Shown one piece after another: positions 24,584-39,581 of a DNA stretch of 64,000 nt. The number at the start of each line of letters is the position of its first letter. Position 1 is the first letter of the stretch. A model generated the notes under the pieces. The model did not search any database and was not told the origin of the DNA. It worked only from the letters and a program-made list of their open reading frames with translations. Made by a program: the position numbers and the translations under genes. The stretch is from Antedon mediterranea. Lineage: Eukaryota; Animalia; Echinodermata. The stretch is from positions 28,331,648-28,395,647 of the forward strand of contig NC_092673.1 of assembly GCF_964355755.1 (NCBI RefSeq), read 5' to 3'.

Positions 24584-27539
24584 CTATAGCTCTTCATGTA
24601 ATAAACTGTTCCCTGTTAAACCATGTCCATAATGAGTGACGCGGCTACCAGCGAACACATCGTAATGATTTAGAATTTCTTCCAAACTTAACTTTCCATC
24701 CATGTCATCGTCTGATTCTTTTAATAGATGCAAAGCCTAATAAAAATAATTATAATTTTTTGAAAAATGTGCAAACCATAAATACTATAGTTCTGCTATT
24801 GATGGGTTTATGGGTGATACAGGTATCCTTATTATCCAAATATCTACTTTTAAATTATTTATTTTAAAGAGTTTTTATTTTTAAAAGAATACAGTATTAG
24901 AGTATTAGACTTAAAAGAGTTAATCTCTTTCACCTCATCTACAGCATTATCTTTATATTTTGGTGAGACCCAAGCATAGATCTCGTCTCCCTTCAATACA
25001 CCATCCTTATTTGTATCTAAAATGCTGTTAAATAATTCTGTTTCTTCTTTCACCCATCCTGGGGGATTGCCATCATCTTAAAAAAAAAACAAGATAAATG
25101 TTGTAACCCTTGACAAAATACAAATATACAAGATTTTGTTTTCATTTTTAAATATATTTTTTGGTCAAATAATCAAGAAATTAATTACCTTGTTTATAGT
25201 AATCTCCAAGAAATTCTTCTAAATCAACTCCATTATTAATATTGTTGTCTAAATCTAGTAACACTTGTTCTATGACGATATCCTAAGAAATTGTAGAGTA
25301 TATTAGTTAAAAGAAGTTAATAGAGAGGTTTTGCAATCTTACGAATACGAAAACGGATACGTCACGCACACGTATTCGTTTTCGTAAGCCATAAAAAAAT
25401 CTGTTTCGCATGGCAACGAAATATCGAGGCGCGTCCAAAATATGACTGCAGTAAATTTGAGCGAAGCGAAGGTAAGTGTTGCTTGGTGCTTGGCTGCCTA
25501 GGCCTAGCGTGACATCAAAGCGAGTGAGTGAGGACTTTAAAAACTGCTATTTATCAAAATTGACCTGGCATTTTAGTAAATTACTTTAGTAAATTACTTT
25601 CAATAAATCTATAATTATATCATAATCATGAATCATTCCTGATTCAAATGCAAAATGTGCAAAATAGATCAAAAACTATACTCGTTTTGTAGTTACGAAT
25701 ATGACTGGTGATATTCGTCAACACGAATACGCTTTACGAATATGAAATGGGGATCAGCTCAAAAGTTTCACAAATGTGTGACGTATCCGGTTTCGTTATC
25801 GTATTCGTAAGGTTGCGAAACCTCCCTATTATTAGTTAATACAGACCTACAACATATCAACAACTAATTGTTAAAATAATAAATATACAAATCAGACTGT
25901 ATGTATGATGTACCTTCATATGATCAGCAATTCGTGGGTTGTGAAACGGTAGATATTCCTCCGTATTCAACACTCCATCACCGTCCATATCAGATGACTT
26001 AAACCGCTTCTCATTGCGGGAAATCTCCTGTAATTTAATAGTAGTAATAGTAAATGTATTGAGAGCATTAGGAACCTTTTGATTTGCTAGGACGTATCAT
26101 GTGTGCATTCCGCGACGCAGATTTTGCAGATTGTAGGTTTTCAAGCGACAAATAATTACACAATATGTCTAGGTTGTTGAAAATGTGGGTATGCATGGCG
26201 CCATTTTTGTATTGTACCATTTTCTATCAAAATTAAAAATAAGGAATAACATATTTTTGTCATTGTATTTTGTATTGTATGGTAATTAGTTCCTACATAT
26301 AATATGTGATTACTATTTTATTCTACTCAAAACTTAAATTATGGATATGTGAAAACCAGATCCTATGTCCATAACTTATATTATGAATATGTCCATTAAG
26401 GACAAACCTTTTGGTACGATAATTCTGGTTTAAAATCCTCTCCTGGCACAAAGCCAAAAACAAATTCCAGGTACTCATCCCATGAAACCACGTTGTCTTT
26501 GTTCTTGTCCTGCATCTCAAATACTACTATGGATTCATCCCTATCAATCTTTTTGAACGACTCCATTAGCCATCTAACCATTTCATCTGAAACGAGGAGA
26601 ATTTTAAATCTTATGACAATACTCTTAAGCTCTGTTTACACTATCAAACTAGTTTGACAAAAAAAGTGTGATGTGCCCAAATATGGTTGTGATATGCCCA
26701 AATATGGTAGTGATATGCCCAAATATGGTAAAGATCTGTCTACACTATCAAACTTGATGTGAAAAAACATGTGCCATATATATGTACAAGATGTCATATC
26801 ACTACCATATTTGTGCATTATACTGCCATATTTGGACATTTTATTTTTTAACTGCAAATTGAAAGTGTCACCTGTTGAAACAAAGCTATCATTGTTCTTG
26901 TCAATACTTTCTACTATCTTTGTCAGTTTATTTTTGCTTTCACTTTCTGTCAGATCTTCAAAGGCTTTCGCAGCGTTCTGAGAAATTAATCAAATAAATA
27001 TATTATCTCATTTATATCACAACTGGCAATTAACAGTTCCTACCACTACTAATTATTTGGTAGTCAAATTGGGGCTTAATCTTCTATGCTTGCTGTCCAA
27101 GGACAACATAGCACAGGATATGCAGTAGAACGTCTATATAACAGCCCACAGAATTAGTGAGTTTGTCCCTGAATAGGGGTGAGGGATTCTATTGTACTAG
27201 AAACACAAAATGTCACTTGGAGTCTACTGTATGTGTATCATAGATTCAGCATCTACATTATTTATTTACTTATTTATTTGATGATTGATGATATGATTGC
27301 TTTCTTGGTGCATGTCATATGTAATAAAAATGTTTATTTAAACTATATATTTCTTTGCTTCTTACTTCACCGCCAAGAAAAGCCTGATGATCGAACTCTA
27401 CATTATGTACACCATTTGCCTGCTCGTGATCAGCCATATTGTTAGATTCAGCATGTTTTCTGTCTGATTCCACTGTTACTATTAGTAGGCATATTGACGA
27501 CACTACTACAAGCAAACTAAATCCATAAGAGTGTCCCAT
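24584..27539 (-). CDS. CREC-family ER calcium-binding EF-hand protein (reticulocalbin-2/calumenin-like), 7 coding exons
   Basis: Exons 27366-27539, 26872-26977, 26408-26586, 25914-26027, 25189-25282, 24934-25076 and 24584-24736. It has a signal peptide, the FDHQAFLGGE motif, six EF-hand loops (e.g. DKNKDNVVSWDE, DMDGDGVLNTEE, DTNKDGVLKGDE) and ends in the ER-retention signal HEEL*. Confidence 0.9.
25322..25827. mobile_element. MITE family B, copy 2
   Basis: Same TIRs and interior as 8782-9249 plus a short extra internal segment; AAT and ATT flanks. Confidence 0.85.
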
Positions 27540-28065
27540 TGAATACTATAAACAGAAAAATACATTTTTATAAATTTCTTTGAGGAACTTTAGTTCCCAT
27601 TAATTGTTCAAAATATATTGTATATAATTATTCTAATATAATTTAATTATCTGTGTTTACTTAGTCCTCAGTATAGTAGTATCAAAATTGTGGCAAACCA
27701 ACAAAGGACTTCTGTAGATTTGTGCCTTCCTGTCTGCTTCCTTTATTGTATTGTACCTTCTTGTAAAAAGGAAATTTAAAACTCTCTGTGCAAATCTTGT
27801 TTACCTGATAATATAGCCTAATTAGTACTACTACTGTACTGTTCAAGTATTAGTTACTGTAATTAGTAATACTATAAATTATAATGTTATCAACAATTAC
27901 AAATACATGTGATAATGATAAAAAGCAACATTTAAAAACTTTTACTTTTATTATTCACACCACCACCAGAGAGAGGATTCTCTCATCTGTCCACTACTTA
28001 CTTATGTAATTGGGCAAAAGTTATTAACTACCTGTCAACCTTTTGCTGTCAACGAAATATTTAAG

Positions 28066-31000
28066 ATGGCTGCTGTCTCGCGTTTCGACGTGCGCATTGA
28101 CAAAACAAGAGGAAAATGTGCTTTTGCTGCCTGTGATTTGATTCCTGGTGATGAAATTCTTACTGATGTTCCCTACGTGTTTTCCTTAAGACGTGCTCAA
28201 CGTAGATGTGATTATTGTTGTTCATATAGGTAGATATTTGACCGCTTAAAATTCTAGCACTAGGCCTACTACCTATTACTGCACCAACAGTTCGCCGTCG
28301 GGAAGTCGTCTAGACAAGGTTTTTAAGTCACCTAGGCCTCCTACAAATCTTATAACTATAGAGGGCGGAATTGTAATTTTCTTTAATGAATAATGAATAC
28401 CTGCAGTGTTATATGTGCATAAAATAAACTTAATAAATAATATGTTTTCTTATTTATTTTTTCAGTGACAAGCTCCTTCGTTGCTCTAAATGTAAACTAC
28501 AAAGTTACTGTGATAGATCATGTCAGGTAATTGTATTTCATCTTCATTTCAATTCTTCGATGATTGTGGACTCTATTTATTTAAAGTTTTGGACCCAAAC
28601 CAATTTATTTGAGTGCTGTTTTTAAATTTTTTTAAACTTACAAGCTCCTCACTCCACCCTAAAAAACTAAATTAGGCCTAGACGAACATATTCACAACCT
28701 TTTTGCAGAAAAACAACTGCTAGTTAGCATATTATTATTATTATATTATGAAACTATTCCATTATTCATACTTTTAATAAAGTTATTTATTTATACTTTA
28801 ATAAAGTAAGTGGGAACATAACAACACACAAAATATAACATTAACAATTGAACCTCATTTTTATTATATAATATTTTTGTAAATTTACTTGTATAATGTC
28901 TTTTATTCTGTGCTTCTTCAGAGATCTGCTTGGAAAGTGCACAAAGAGGAATGTAAGAATCTGCAGCGTGTAGGTAATAGACCATCACAAACCGTTCTAC
29001 TGATGGCACGGCTTGTTCAAGTCGTAAAGGTACTGTGTAAGCCTCCAAGATAAGAAATGTAAACAGGGCTGAATCCAGGGGGGAAGCGCTAGGGTCGCAC
29101 ACTCCTGTTTTTGACAGCTAAAATGAAATTATGAACTACTTTTTGATGATACCATACTATCTATTTTTTGACAGACTTTTAATATTGTAATATATTGTGT
29201 GCACCCGTTCCTACACCATCCCGGTTGACAAAAATTCTAATAAAATATCTAAAAACAACAATGATGAGAACAATAGCATGTTTTTATTGTTTTTTAGGCT
29301 GATTCGGGATACCAAAATGGTGGCTTTAACTTGCCTTGTGGTTTACATGAACTTCAATCAAGTAAGAATGCTGTTGTTTTTATAATTAAGCAATTTGTAT
29401 AGCTTTTTAGCCAAGGCCTATTTCACTGGCTCCTCTGTAAACAAATTGATATTTTCATTTAAGACTAGTATATGCTCAAACCCAAAATATACTTTATATA
29501 TATTGAATATAATATTTAATATTGGAGGTATAATTATTAACCACAAATTCTTCTTTTCTCAGATCATAAGCAGTTTAGTGAACGAGCTAGAGGGTTAGTG
29601 ATAGATATTATGAGGTGCCTGGGAAATTACTTAGGAATTCAGAATGTGCCCAGCTATCCAGACATGCTTGAGCTGTTTGGTAGGGTTGCTTGTAACTCAT
29701 TTAACATCTGTGATAAAGAAATGCAATCGATTGGTGTTGGACTCTACCTCAAGTAAGTACAACCCGTCCCTTGGAACAAGTTACATTATTACAGTGTAAA
29801 GGATCATGTCAAAATTTACTGTAGCTACTCTAGTAAATACATTTTGTTTAATCATAAACCTGTTTAAGCTTTTTTTATGAATGATCATACAACTCACGAC
29901 ACTGTTTATATGACTGACTTCTAGTATACAAATAATGCACAAGTCAGCGTGCGTTAGTAGAGATGCGGCGCACTCGAGGTAATTTGTGTATTATAGTAAA
30001 AAAATAAAGGGCGCATGACTCATCTCAGCTCGTTCGATTGGCTACATCCTTGAACAGATTCGGGAACAGATTTTTTTTTTCGTACACGAAAAAAAGTACT
30101 ATTAAACGATCGTTTAATAGTGCGTACTATTGCATGCCATGTGACCCACATTCGTCCAATCAAATGACAGGAAGTTATTTAGGTGTTATATAATACAGAA
30201 TATTTGTTTTTTTTGTCTGTCCTAAAGTACCTATAACTGATACTGGTTTGGATTTATCCTAATACTGTTATTGTTATGTTTTATAACAGAGCAGCAATAT
30301 TTAACCATAGTTGCAGTCCAAACTGTATTGCTGTATTTAATAGTACAACTCTTCATATGCGCGCTGTCAAGAATATCAAAAAAGGAGAAGAGGTAAAACT
30401 CAATTTTAAATACTGCTGTCAAAATATTTTGGAAATATATTTTAGAGTGAGAATATAAAATATAACTAAGCAACTGGACTTATGTTATTTGAGTGACAAA
30501 TCCAGTAAAGTGATTATTTTGCTACAGTATGTTTATTTTAAAAATTTTTTAAATAGTATGTATAGTTTAATATTTCATACGCATCCACAGGACGGATAAT
30601 GGATTTTATAATTCATTTTAAGTCTCATTTTAGGCTTATTAGGGAGTGGAGTTGAAAGGGTTGTGTGTTTAATCCTGGCACTAGTTCAAGATTGAACCCT
30701 GGACCTTGGGATTGGAAGGCAAGCATGTTAACCGACAAGCTACAGCTCCACTATATTTTGTTTTTTGTAGCTCTTGGTCAGTTACATTGATTTGATGTAT
30801 CCTACTGAAATCCGTCAACAAATGCTGCAAGATCAATATTTCTTTACATGTGATTGTACAGCTTGCCAAGAACGTGTTAATGATGGACAGATGGGAAGTA
30901 TTGTATGTCAGAAATGTTCCGGTCAGATTCTAAGGAAAAATAGTAAGTGTTTTAACCTACAAACTTAAATCTGTTTTTATTAGACAAATACAGGACAATT

Positions 31001-33240
31001 TAGTAGTCATCGTGATTGACCTTATTGACCTTGTCTATAAATATATAAATTAATAAGGTATTGCATGGTAGGTTTTGGAGTAGAAGACATTGACTTTCCT
31101 CAAAATGTATAATCTAACATTTAAAAATATACCATTGGTGTTGTTTGTAAATGTATATAATTGTGTAAGGTTTATGTCTGTTGGGCTATAAAAATTGTAT
31201 ACTTTTTATGCTAATAGGTTAAAGTGCATATTACCGTATTTTGCATGGTGAATAAACACTAGTAAAGTTATAGTAGGTTTGTGATACATACATAAATACA
31301 TGATGTACTGCAAACCAAACTTTATAACACATTTAGTTGTCATTTTAAATTTAACTTCTAATTTTCTATTACCATTTAATTTCTAGGAAACTCATTTCAG
31401 CTCTGCTCTGAGTGTGGTGCGGAGGTTTCAACAATACGATCTTCTGAGATTACTGAACTTGAAGAAGACTGCAAGAAGGTTTTAGACGATTCTGAAAGCC
31501 ACTTAGTAAACCTGAATCACTTAGCAGCTGATAGTATCCTTGTAACAGGCATACAGTATTGATAACATAATTGGTGCTCAATATTCTCTGATTGGTCAGA
31601 TGTTTGTCCTATTCTAAAGGCCAACTCAGACAGCATCGTATGACGAGGCCCGACGAAACGTCTTGACTCATCGGTGCTCTCTAAATTGAATCTAGACGAG
31701 ACGAGTCATCTTGAGCATATCAACGAGCATAGGTTTTGGGTCGTCAGAAGAACTATAAACATGTTTTAATTTTTCTCCCGATGAGACAACTCGTCGGGCC
31801 TCGTCATATGACGCTGTCTGACTGGTCTTATTTGTATAATGTTTCTTTATACCTCTTTTTTTCTGTATTTACTACAGGCAGTACAGTAATTTTAAAACAT
31901 GTTATTAGTAAGTTATTTTATATTAAACTATTGTATAATATGATACTTAACACGTTTAACAGATGATGAATCTTTAATCATTCAGTTATCAAGACGACTA
32001 GAAGGCACATTGCATACTCAGCATTTTTACTGGATTCATGTTTTGAATAAGTTAGCTGATATTGCTATTTGCCAACAGAACTGGAGGCAAGCGTTAAAAT
32101 ATTGTGAAAAGGCTACACCACCCACCATGTAAGTCCTATTATTCAGATCTATAATGTATATATAGATTTCTGTACTATTAAGGGGATACCTTTAAGTTTT
32201 CCACTAGGCAATTTGTTAGCGAGAATTGAAAAGAGTTTACTGGTGCACTTGCATATTGATATTTTAAGGGATTTTTTTTTGCACCAATCGAAAAGTGTTG
32301 ACTAATGCACATGCATATTGATATTTTAATCTTTGTGCAACCAATCAGAACTCAGGAATTTTGATTTGCGTGAATATGTTGGAAAACAGGCTTTAGGACC
32401 AAACAAAGTGTCCCCTTAACAGGTGTGTCTGGCTACAGTGTTAAAACATACATTATTCCTTGTTTGTTTTTTCACATGAAAGTGTTAGCATAATAGGGGT
32501 GTCCCCTGAATAGGGGTGTCCAAAGGGAACAGTTCTACTCAATTCTTTTTTCATGACCTTTGAGGTCAATGCTCTTTGTACCTAATTTACCAAAAATGTT
32601 GTTTCTTTTTTCTCCAGTAAGTACTATCCATGTTACCATCCATTGGCTGGTGTGCAACTGTGTAGGTTAGCCAAACTATATGATTGGCTGGACAACTATT
32701 CTGAAGCTATTAAATACATACAACAGGTGTGTAAATATTTTTACCGAATTTATGAATTTAATTAGTCTATTTCATGGAACCCTATTTTACTTGTATAGGC
32801 ACTATAATTGCCATATTCCCAGAATGGACACACGTCAAAAGGAGAATGGAACAGTCCAGCCACCATAGTGAGCTGTATTAAATATCTCCAACAAGCGACA
32901 TATCACTCATGACTACTGGAATACTAATTTATAACTGTTTGTTTGTGTATTTGTTGTTATGCATTATTATTTATTATGACCATCTATAATCTGGAGGACA
33001 GTGGGTATAAAATTCAGAGAAAATCATGGGGTAGGATTATACTCGGTCAATACAGTATATTTACAGTATACTAAAAACTGTATGTTTATATTGATGATAA
33101 TAATATTTTTACAGGCCATTGACATAATTGGTATTACTCATGGTAAACAGCACACATTTTATGAAGAGTTACAAGAACATAAAATGGACTACACGTACGA
33201 AGCTAAATTTGATGCCATAAATCAAAATGCAACCAAGTAA
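28066..33240 (+). CDS. SMYD3: SET and MYND domain lysine methyltransferase (SMYD3/SMYD2-like), 11 coding exons
   Basis: Exons 28066-28229, 28466-28526, 28922-29029, 29298-29361, 29563-29752, 30290-30392, 30771-30942, 31387-31533, 31963-32128, 32618-32726 and 33115-33240. MYND finger (CDYC..CSKC..YCDRSCQ..W..HKEEC), CNSFNI..GVGLY, FNHSCSPN, SYID, QYFFTCDCTAC and a TPR-like tail (YHPLAGV, ITHG). Confidence 0.85.
31534..31962 (+). other. U12-type (minor spliceosome) GT-AG intron of the SMYD3-like gene
   Basis: 5' splice site GTATCCTT at 31534; branch-point-like TACTTAAC at 31944-31951 just upstream of AG 31962; no polypyrimidine tract; removal restores the reading frame (..LAAD-N-DESLII..). Confidence 0.85.
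31618..31828. mobile_element. Harbinger-like MITE inside the U12 intron
   Basis: Long inverted termini TCAGACAGCATCGTATGACGAGGCCCGACGA / TCGTCGGGCCTCGTCATATGACGCTGTCTGA. Confidence 0.75.
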
Positions 33241-33967
33241 AAAGACATCATAAGGAGTAACATATTACTACTTTTAAATATTAATTACAAAGAGACACCC
33301 AGTAGTGGATGAATATTTTCGAAGCGACCTCTTTTTACACATGCTGTCTCTCTGTAATATTTATAAAGCCTTGTCTTTACTATCAAACTTTATGTGACAA
33401 AAATGTAATATATGAACATGATGATGTCATATCATATCACTACCATATTTGGGAATTCACTAACATATTTGGGGACATCACACTTTTTTTGTCACTTAAA
33501 GTTTGATAGTGTAGACAGATGTCAAGTGTACATATTGTAAACTGTAATAAAAATGTTTATATTATACAAATAAAAGTTTTTTTATGAAATAAAACAAAAA
33601 ATCTGGTTTCTTCCATTGTACAGTACTTTTGTCAGCTTCGGCGTTCCATATACGTACAATTAAAAACAACAAAACAAAGTCTATCGCACGTGAGCTATAT
33701 TGTGTAGTCGTTTATTGATAACTGAGAGCTATCAGTGTGTATAATCCTCGTACATAATTGTTTCTTAGTTGTAATAAAGAACACATTATTATAATATCAA
33801 GCATGTTATTATGATAAACAAATTTATAGGTATCAATACTGATATTTTTACTTTAAAAAATTTTAATAAGTTTTTTAATAACACAGAAACAACATTCTTA
33901 ATTTAACAAATGATATGTAGTACTACTAAATCAATGTCTAATTGCATAAGGACTATGTGTACAGTAT

Positions 33968-36900
33968 TATGATCAGTGTAGTTACAATTTGATAACTGAG
34001 CACGCATCTCACATCTACCTCATCAATAATTATTATTAATAATCTATATCACGTTGTAGAATATGATGAGTGTAGTCATAATTTGATAACTGAGCACGCA
34101 TCTTTTAGAATCTACGTCATCAATTTTAATATTAATATTATATATCACATTGTTGGATATGATCAGTGTAGTCATAATTTGATAACTGAGCACGTATCTT
34201 TTAATATCTACATCATCAATAATTATTATTAATAATCTATATCACATTGTTGGATATGATCAGTGTAGTCGTCATTTGATAACTGATCACGCATCTTTAA
34301 ATATCTACCGCATCAAAATTAATATAAATAATCTATATCACATTGTTGGATATGATCAGTGTAGTCGTAATTTGATAACTGAGCACGCATCTTTAAATAT
34401 CTACCTCATTAATAATTTATATTAATATCATATATCACATTGTTGGATATGATCAGTGTAGTCAGAATTTGATAACTGAGCACGTATCTTTTAATATCTA
34501 CCTTAATAATAATTTATATTAATATCATATATCACATTGTTGGATATGATCAGTGTAGTCGTAATTTGATAACTGAGCACGCATCTTTAAATATCTACCT
34601 CATTAATAATTTATATTAATATCATATATCACATTGTTGGATATGATCAGTGTAGTCAGAATTTGATAACTGAGCACGCATCTTTCAATATCTACCGCAT
34701 CAATTAATAATCTACATACACATTGTTGGATATGATCAGTGTAGTCAGAATTTGATAACTGAGCACGCATCTTTCAATATCTACCTCATTAATAATTTAT
34801 ATTAATATCATATATCACATTGTTGGATATGATCAGTGTAGTCAGAATTTGATAACTGAGCACGCATCTTTTAATATCTACCTCATTAATAATTTATATT
34901 AATATCATATATCACATTGTTGGATATGATCAGTGTAGTCAGAATTTGATAACTGAGCACGCATCTTTCAATATCTACCTCATTAATAATTTATATTAAT
35001 ATCATATATCACATTGTTGGATATGATCAGTGTAGTCAGAATTTGATAACTGAGCACGCATCTTTCAATATCTACCGCATCAATTAATAATCTACATACA
35101 CATTGTTGGATATGATCAGTGTAGTCAGAATTTGATAACTGAGCACGCATCTTTCAATATCTACCTCATTAATAATTTATATTAATATCATATATCACAT
35201 TGTTGGATATGATCAGTGTAGTCGTCATTTGATAACTGATCACGTATCTTTCAATATCTACCACATCATTAATTAATATTAATATTATATATCACATTGT
35301 TGGATATGATCAGTGTAGTCATAATTTGATAACTGAGCACGTATTTTTTAATATCTACCTCAATAATAATTTATATTAATATCATATATCACATTGTTGG
35401 ATATGATCAGTGTAGTCAGAATTTGATAACTGAGCACGCATCTTTCAATATCTACCGCATCAATAATTCATATTAATATCATATATCACATTGTTGGATA
35501 TGATCAGTGTAGTCGTCATTTGATAACTGATCACGTATCTGTCAATATCTACCTCATTAATAATTTATATTAATATCATATATCACATTGTTGGATATGA
35601 TCAGTGTAGTCAGAATTTGATAACTGAGCACGCATCTTTCAATATCTACCTCAATAATAATTTATATTAATATCATATATCACATTGTTGGATATGATCA
35701 GTGTAGTCATAATTTGATAACTGAGCACGCATCTTTAAATATCTACCGCATCAATTAATAATCTACATACATATTGTTGGATATGATCAGTGTAGTCGTA
35801 ATTTGATAACTGAGCACGCATCTTTAAATATCTACCTCATTAATAATTTATATTAATATCATATATCACATTGTTGAATATGATCAGTGTAGTCATAATT
35901 TGATAACTGAGGACGTATCTTTCAATATCTACCTCATTACGAATTATTATTAATATCCTATATCACATTGTTGAATATGATGAGTGCAGTCATAATTTGA
36001 TAACTGAGCACGCATCTTTCAATATCTACCTCAATAATAATTTATATTAATATCATATATCACATTGTTGAATATGATCAGTGTAGTCATAATTTGATAA
36101 CTGAGCACGCATCTTTAAATATCTACCGCATCAATTAATAATCTACATACACATTGTTAGATATGATCAGTGTAGTCGTAATTTGATAACTGAGCACGCA
36201 TCTTTAAATATCTACCTCATTAATAATTTATATTAATATCATATATCACATTGTTGGATATGATCAGTGTAGTCAGAATTTGATAACTGAGCACATATCT
36301 TTTAATATCTACCTCAATAATAATTTATATTAATATCATGTATCACATTGTTGGATATGATCAGTGTAGTCAGAATTTGATAACTGAGCACGCATCTTTC
36401 AATATCTACCTCATTAATAATTTATATTAATATCATATATCACATTGTTGGATATGATCAGTGTAGTCAGAATTTGATAACTGAGCACGCATCTTTTAAT
36501 ATCTACCTCATTAATAATTTATATTAATATCATATATCACATTGTTGGATATGATCAGTGTAGTCAGAATTTGATAACTGAGCACGCATCTTTTAATATC
36601 TACGTCATCAATAATTTATATTAATATCATATATCACATTGTTGGATATGATCAGTGTAGTCGTCATTTGATAACTGATCACGTATCTTTCAATATCTAC
36701 CTATTCATTAATTAATATTAATATCATATATCACATTGTTGGATATGATCAGTGTAGTCATAATTTGATAACTGAGCACGTATTTTTTAATATCTACCTC
36801 AATAATAATTTATATTAATATCATATATCACATTGTTGGATATGATCTGTGTAGTCAGAATTTGATAACTGAGCACGCATCTTTCAATATCTACCGCATC

Positions 36901-38957
36901 AATAATTCCTATTAATATCATATATCACATTGTTGGATATGATCAGTGTAGTCGTCATTTGATAACTGATCACGTATCTGTCAATATCTACCTCATTAAT
37001 AATTTATATTAATATCGTATATCACATCGTTGGATATGATCAGTATAGTCAGAATTTGATAACTGAGCACGCATCTTTTAATATCTACCACAGCATTAAT
37101 TAATATTAATAATCTATATCACATTGTTGGATATGATCAGTGTAGTCAGAATTTGATAACTGATCACGTATCTTTCAATATCTACCTCATTAATAATTTA
37201 TATTAATATCATATATCACATTGTTGGATATGATCAGTGTAGTCAGAATTTGATAACTGATCACGTATCTTTAAATATCTACCTCATTAATAATTTATAT
37301 TAATATCATATGTCACATTGTTGGATATGATCAGTGTAGTCGTCATTTGATAACTGATCACGTATCTTTCAATATCTACCTCATTAATAATTTATATTAA
37401 TATCGTATATCACATTGTTGGATATGATCAGTATAGTCGTCATTTGATAACTGATCACGCATCTTTTAATATCTACCACATCATTAATTAATATTAATAA
37501 TCTATATCACAGTGTTGGATATGATCAGTGTAGTCAGAATTTGATAACTGATCACGTATCTTTCAATATCTACCTCATTAATAATTTATATTAATATCAT
37601 ATATCACATTGTTGGATATGATCAGTGTAGTCAGAATTTGATAACTGAGCACGCATCTTTCAATATCTACCGCATCAATAATTCATATTAATATCATATA
37701 TCACATTGTTGGATATGATCAGTGTAGTCGTCATTTGATAACTGAGCACGCATCTTTAAATATCTACCGCATCAATTAATAATCTACATACACATTGTTG
37801 GATATGATCAGTGTAGTCGTAATTTGATAACTGAGCACGCATCTTTAAATATCTACCTCATTAATAATTTATATTAATATCATATATCACATTGTTGGAT
37901 ATGATCAGTGTAGTCAGAATTTGATAACTGAGCACGTATCTTTTAATATCTACCTTAATAATAATTTATATTAATATCATATATCACATTGTTGGATATG
38001 ATCAGTGTAGTCGTAATTTGATAACTGAGCACGCATCTTTAAATATCTACCTCATTAATAATTTATATTAATATCATATATCACATTGTTGGATATGATC
38101 AGTGTAGTCAGAATTTGATAACTGAGCACGCATCTTTCAATATCTACCGCATCAATTAATAATCTACATACACATTGTTGGATATGATCAGTGTAGTCAG
38201 AATTTGATAACTGAGCACGCATCTTTCAATATCTACCTCATTAATAATTTATATTAATATCATATATCACATTGTTGGATATGATCAGTGTAGTCAGAAT
38301 TTGATAACTGAGCACGTATTTTTTAATATCTACCTCAATAATAATTTATATTAATATCATATATCACATTGTTGGATATGATCTGTGTAGTCAGAATTTG
38401 ATAACTGAGCACGCATCTTTTAATATCTACCACATCATTAATTAATATTAATAATCTATATCACAGTGTTGGATATGATCAGTGTAGTCAGAATTTGATA
38501 ACTGATCACGTATCTGTCAATATCTACCTCATTAATAATTTATATTAATATCATATATCACATTGTTGGATATGATCAGTGTAGTCAGAATTTGATAACT
38601 GAGCACGCATCTTTCAATATCTACCGCATCAATAATTCATATTAATATCATATATCACATTGTTGGATATGATCAGTGTAGTCGTCATTTGATAACTGAG
38701 CACGCATCTTTAAATATCTATTTCATCAATAATTATTATTAATGTCTTATATCACATTGTTGGATATGATCAGTGTAGTCATAATTTGATAACTGAGCAC
38801 GCATCTTTAAATATCTACCTCATCAAAAATTATTATTAATAATCTATATCACATTGTTGGATATGATCTGTGTATTCATAAATTGATATAACGCATCTTT
38901 TATTATCTACCTAATCAATAATAATTATTAATACTTAATTTTGGATATGATCAGTGT
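33968..38957 (+). repeat. 97-bp (variant 89-bp) tandem satellite, roughly 50 units; left arm
   Basis: Unit CACATTGTTGGATATGATCAGTGTAGTCAGAATTTGATAACTGAGCACGCATCTTT..; unit starts at 34436, 34533, 34630 and 34719. Confidence 0.97.
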
Positions 38958-39581
38958 GATTTTGTTAGATTTACTGTATACAAGAGATCGAGTCGATGGG
39001 TTTTGAAAATGTGTTATTCTTTTGTTCCTAATCACCCTATTGATTTGTATCCGTTTGCTGTTTAAATTTATACTTTTAAGAACGCATCGTTTATGATGAA
39101 CGTGTGCCGTTGTAAAAATAAAAATATTCCATATCTTTTTATGTTTGATATGTATTGTAGAGGCCATCATGAGACATGCTTTGGCTTCTATTGAGGGTCC
39201 CAGTTCTTCTTAACAGAATAAATGTGCAGTGAATGAATTATTTGATAAATGAGGACGTGTGTTTTAACATCGATCTATACAGACCGTAATACTCTTCCAG
39301 AAATGATATGTTGCTATAATAGGCCTATGACCAATTTCCATTACATTAATAATTCAATTAAGATTGGAAATGTGTCAGAAATACTAAAGAAATCCAGTAA
39401 TCTTATTGATTAATAATTATTTATACCATTTCTGATGAACGAACAGAAAACTAAACTTGCAGCCAATCAAAAAGCTGCTGTACTGTATAAGTAGGGAATT
39501 TTAAGTAGGAGTTGTTTTAAATGTCATTGGTCTCGGCTAATCAGTTATTGCCATTTGACTATGATAGGCATCCTTTATTAC

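Noticed and set aside
34060-34100. Box C/D snoRNA cluster in the 97-bp repeat (ATGATGA...CTGA)
   Set aside because: The boxes are only about 20-25 nt apart, most units read ATGATCA, and there is no terminal stem.
33968-38957. CRISPR-like array (conserved block plus variable AT-rich part)
   Set aside because: Eukaryotic context, the variable parts are homologous variants rather than unique spacers, and there are no cas genes; it is a satellite.
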